NCBI RefSeq assembly: GCF_018350175.1
Contig: NC_058368.1
Coordinates: forward strand, 94,118,001 to 94,182,000
Length of the DNA stretch: 64,000 nt
Source of the DNA: Felis catus
Lineage: Eukaryota
Direction: 5' to 3'
The stretch's first letter is position 1, and each line of letters opens with the position of its first letter. The notes under the pieces are model-generated. The model saw only the letters and a list, made by a program, of their open reading frames with translations, did not search any database and was not told where the DNA came from. Below are positions 61,175 to 64,000 of this stretch, piece by piece. The translations under genes were made by a program, and so were the position numbers.

Positions 61175-63510
61175 TTGAATGTAAAATGGTGCAGCCACTT
61201 TGGAAAGAATTTGGCACTTCCACATATAGTTAAACATAGGATTAATTTATGACACAGAAATTCCACTCCTAGGTATATGCCCAAGAAAAATCAAAACATG
61301 TGGGGGCACCTGGGTGGCTCAGTCAGTTAAGCGTCTGACTTTGGCTAGCGTCATGATCTCACAGTTCCTGAGTTCAAGCCCCACGTCGGGCTCTGTGCTG
61401 CTTCACATTCTGTGTCTCCCTCTCTCTCTGTTCCTCCCCCACTTGCACTCTGTCTCTCTCTCAAAAATAAATAAAAGATTTTAAAAAAGAAAGAAAAACG
61501 TGTCCACAAAAAAATTTGCACATGATTGTTTTCTGCAGCATTTTTTAGAATAATAAAAAAATAGTAAAAAATAGTATAATTTGGGTGCAAGCAACCCAAA
61601 TGCCCATCAGTTGTATGACTAAACAAAATATTGCATATCCACACAATGGAATATTAACCAGCAATAAAAATGATTGAAGTAATGGACACCTGGGTGGCTC
61701 AGTCGGTTAAGCGTCCGACTTCAGCTCAGGTCATGATCTCATGGTTCATGGGTTCAAGCCCCACGTCGGGCTCTTCACTGACTGTGTGGAGCCTGCTTGG
61801 GATGCTCTGTCCTCCTTTCTGTCTGTCCCTACCCTGCGCATGCTCTCTCTCTCTCTCTCTCTCAAAAATAAACATTAAAGAAATGAATTAAATACTGATA
61901 CATGCTACAATACAAATTAGCCTTGAAAACATTATGCCACACGTATTAGAAAGAGTAAAATGAAAACATAGATGACACCAGATGCTGGCGAGGATGTGGA
62001 GCAAGAGTGACTCTCCTTCATTTGCTGGTGGGAGTGCAAAATGGTACGGCCACTTTGGAAGACAGTCAGGTAGGTGCTTACAAAAGTAAATATACTCTTT
62101 TCATATGATCCAGTCATCATGCCCCTTGGTATTTGCCCAAAGGAGTCGAAAACATGTTCACACATGGACATGTTTTATTTATTTTTAAAAAATGTTTATT
62201 TATTTTTGAGAGAGAGAGAGACAGAGCCTGAGTGGGGGAGGGGCAGAGAGAGAGGGAGACACAGAATCCGAAGCAGGCTCCAGGCTCCGTGCTGTCAGCA
62301 CAGAGCTCAATGTGGGGCTCGAACTCACAAACCGTGAGATCATGACCTGAGCTGAAGTCGGACGCTTAACCGACTGAGCCACCCAGGCGCCCCTATAGCA
62401 GCTTTACTAAGAACTGCTAGGACTTGTAAGCAACCAAGATGTTCTTCAGTGGTGAATGACAGATAAACTGTGTTACACCCAGACAATGGAATATTATTCA
62501 GCGTGTAAAAGAAATGAGCTCTCAAGTCATGAGAAGACATAGAAAAAACTTAAATGTATATTACTAAAAGTGAAAGAAACCAATCTGAAAAGCCTATGTA
62601 CTATAGGATTCCAGGTATCTGATATTCTTTTTATTATTGTTATTTTTTTTTTAGAGAGAGAGGCAGAGTGAGTGGGGAAGAGGGGCAGAGAGAGAGAATC
62701 TTAAGCAGGCTCCATGCTCAGTACAGAGCCTGACACGGAGCCCGATCCCACCATCTGGGGATCATGACCTGAGCTGAAATCAAGAGTCAGATGCTCAACC
62801 AACTGAGCCACCTTGGCGCTCCTGTATGGCATTCTTGAAAAAGCAAAACTATGAAGACAGTAAAAAGGTAAATGATTGCCAGTGGTCGGGGTGGGGAGAG
62901 GGATGAATAGGTCCAGCACAGAGGATTTTTAGGGTGCTGAATATACTTTGTATGATACTATGATGGATCTGTCTTCATACATTTGTCTAGACCCATAGAC
63001 TGTACAACATCAAGTTTACCAGTTGTAAACTATGAGCGTTGAATGAAAAATGGCATGTCAGTGTAGGTTCATCAGTGGTAACAAATGTACCATCCTGGTG
63101 GCAGATGTTGATAACAGGGAAGGCTAGGCAGGTGGGTGAAAGGGGGTTATGAGAAATCTCTGTAGCTCCTTTTCAACTTTGCCATGAACCTGAAACTGTT
63201 CTGAAACAATAAAGGTCTTCAAAAATTTATGCTACGTGAAATAAGCCAAGCACAAAAGGCCACATATTTGATAATTCCAATTATATGAAGAGTCTAGAAT
63301 GGGAAAATCCATAGAGACATAAAATAGATTAGTGGTTGCTTAGGTCTTGGGGGGAATGAGGTAACTAAAGGGTTTGGGGTTTCTTTTGGGAATAATGAAA
63401 AAGTTCCAAAATGGACTGTGGTGATGGTTGCATATATCCGTGGATGAATCATAAGCTTTAAATTGGTGAACTATATGCTGTATGAATTGTGTCTAAATAA
63501 AGCTGTTAAT
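61175..63510 (+). mobile_element. Nested L1MB-type 3' ends with SINEs
   Basis: aatgtaaaatggtgcagccactttggaa... An inner L1 (about 61960-63225) splits the outer one at ttatgc; termini end in aataaagct. Confidence 0.85.
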
Positions 63511-64000
63511 GAAAACTATATGTCCCCTTGCTGATTTCATTGCAATAAAATGTAAAATAAGATTACAATGTACATTCTCTTTTCTGTATGACTTAGGACT
63601 TGGTTACTCTTGAAGAAGACTAATTAAACTTTCAAAAATGTCTTGATGGTTTAATGGATCAGATAAGTTGATTCTTCCACAAAATATTTATGATCACAAA
63701 AATATAAACGTATGTGTCTGACTAAATTAAATTGTAATAAGTACTATCTTTTAAAAGGATCATGTCTTGTAAACACCAGACAATACTGCAATTCATTTTG
63801 AATGATTTCACTTTCTGCAAACTTTTAAAAGACCATCTGTTCAAATTTTAATACCAATAGCAATTCTATTACTCCACACTGTTTCAACTTGAATATTCTT
63901 TCCAAGATCCTTAGGGCTTGGACGAATATTAAATTAACTTATGGATAAACTTCAGTTGTCTGAAGTCTTTGGTTATCTGGATACTTCTAAAGAGAGTAAA

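Larger units (their letters stand above)
1..62822. mobile_element. Several dozen tRNA-derived Can-SINEs (feliform subfamilies) on both strands
   Basis: Recurrent ggggcgcctgggtggctcagtcggttaagcgtccgacttcagctcaggtcatgatctc head, (CT)n tract, AATAAA/poly(A) tail and target-site duplications (TSDs). These explain most ORF-track entries (e.g. AQVMISRF...LEPASDSVSP). Confidence 0.97.

Noticed and set aside
1794..62919. Numerous 60-130 aa ORFs with AQVMIS/LEPASDS/(SL)n/(ER)n content
   Set aside because: They are translations of Can-SINEs and microsatellites.
1..64000. CRISPR arrays, tRNA/rRNA genes or prokaryotic systems
   Set aside because: This is mammalian DNA. The tRNA-like A/B boxes belong to SINE heads, and I saw no regular repeat-spacer array.

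Overview
Mammalian genomic DNA from a cat-family (felid) carnivore, judged from several dozen Can-SINEs including young Felis-type copies. Most entries in the ORF track are artefacts of SINE, L1, L2 and ERV sequence. Other repeats include an ERV-L pol remnant with an LTR16-type LTR, MaLR/MLT LTRs, a Tigger element, a hAT remnant and MIRs. I found no intact protein-coding gene. The main signal is a large decayed multi-exon gene on the minus strand, running from about 58.4 kb leftwards past position 2340. It has about 35 candidate exons, many with good splice sites and matching phases, but they carry in-frame stops, frameshifts and some degraded donors. The reconstructed protein seems to have two copies of an unidentified N-terminal domain (LC[AT]WLxL...KGKPI...LW). 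These are followed by three tandem copies of a domain whose motifs match, in order, a single-copy segment of GREB1/GREB1L as I recall it. I interpret it as a unitary pseudogene of a highly divergent GREB1-family gene. The family assignment rests on recalled sequence and needs a profile search. Repeat boundaries and repeat family names are approximate, assigned by eye.
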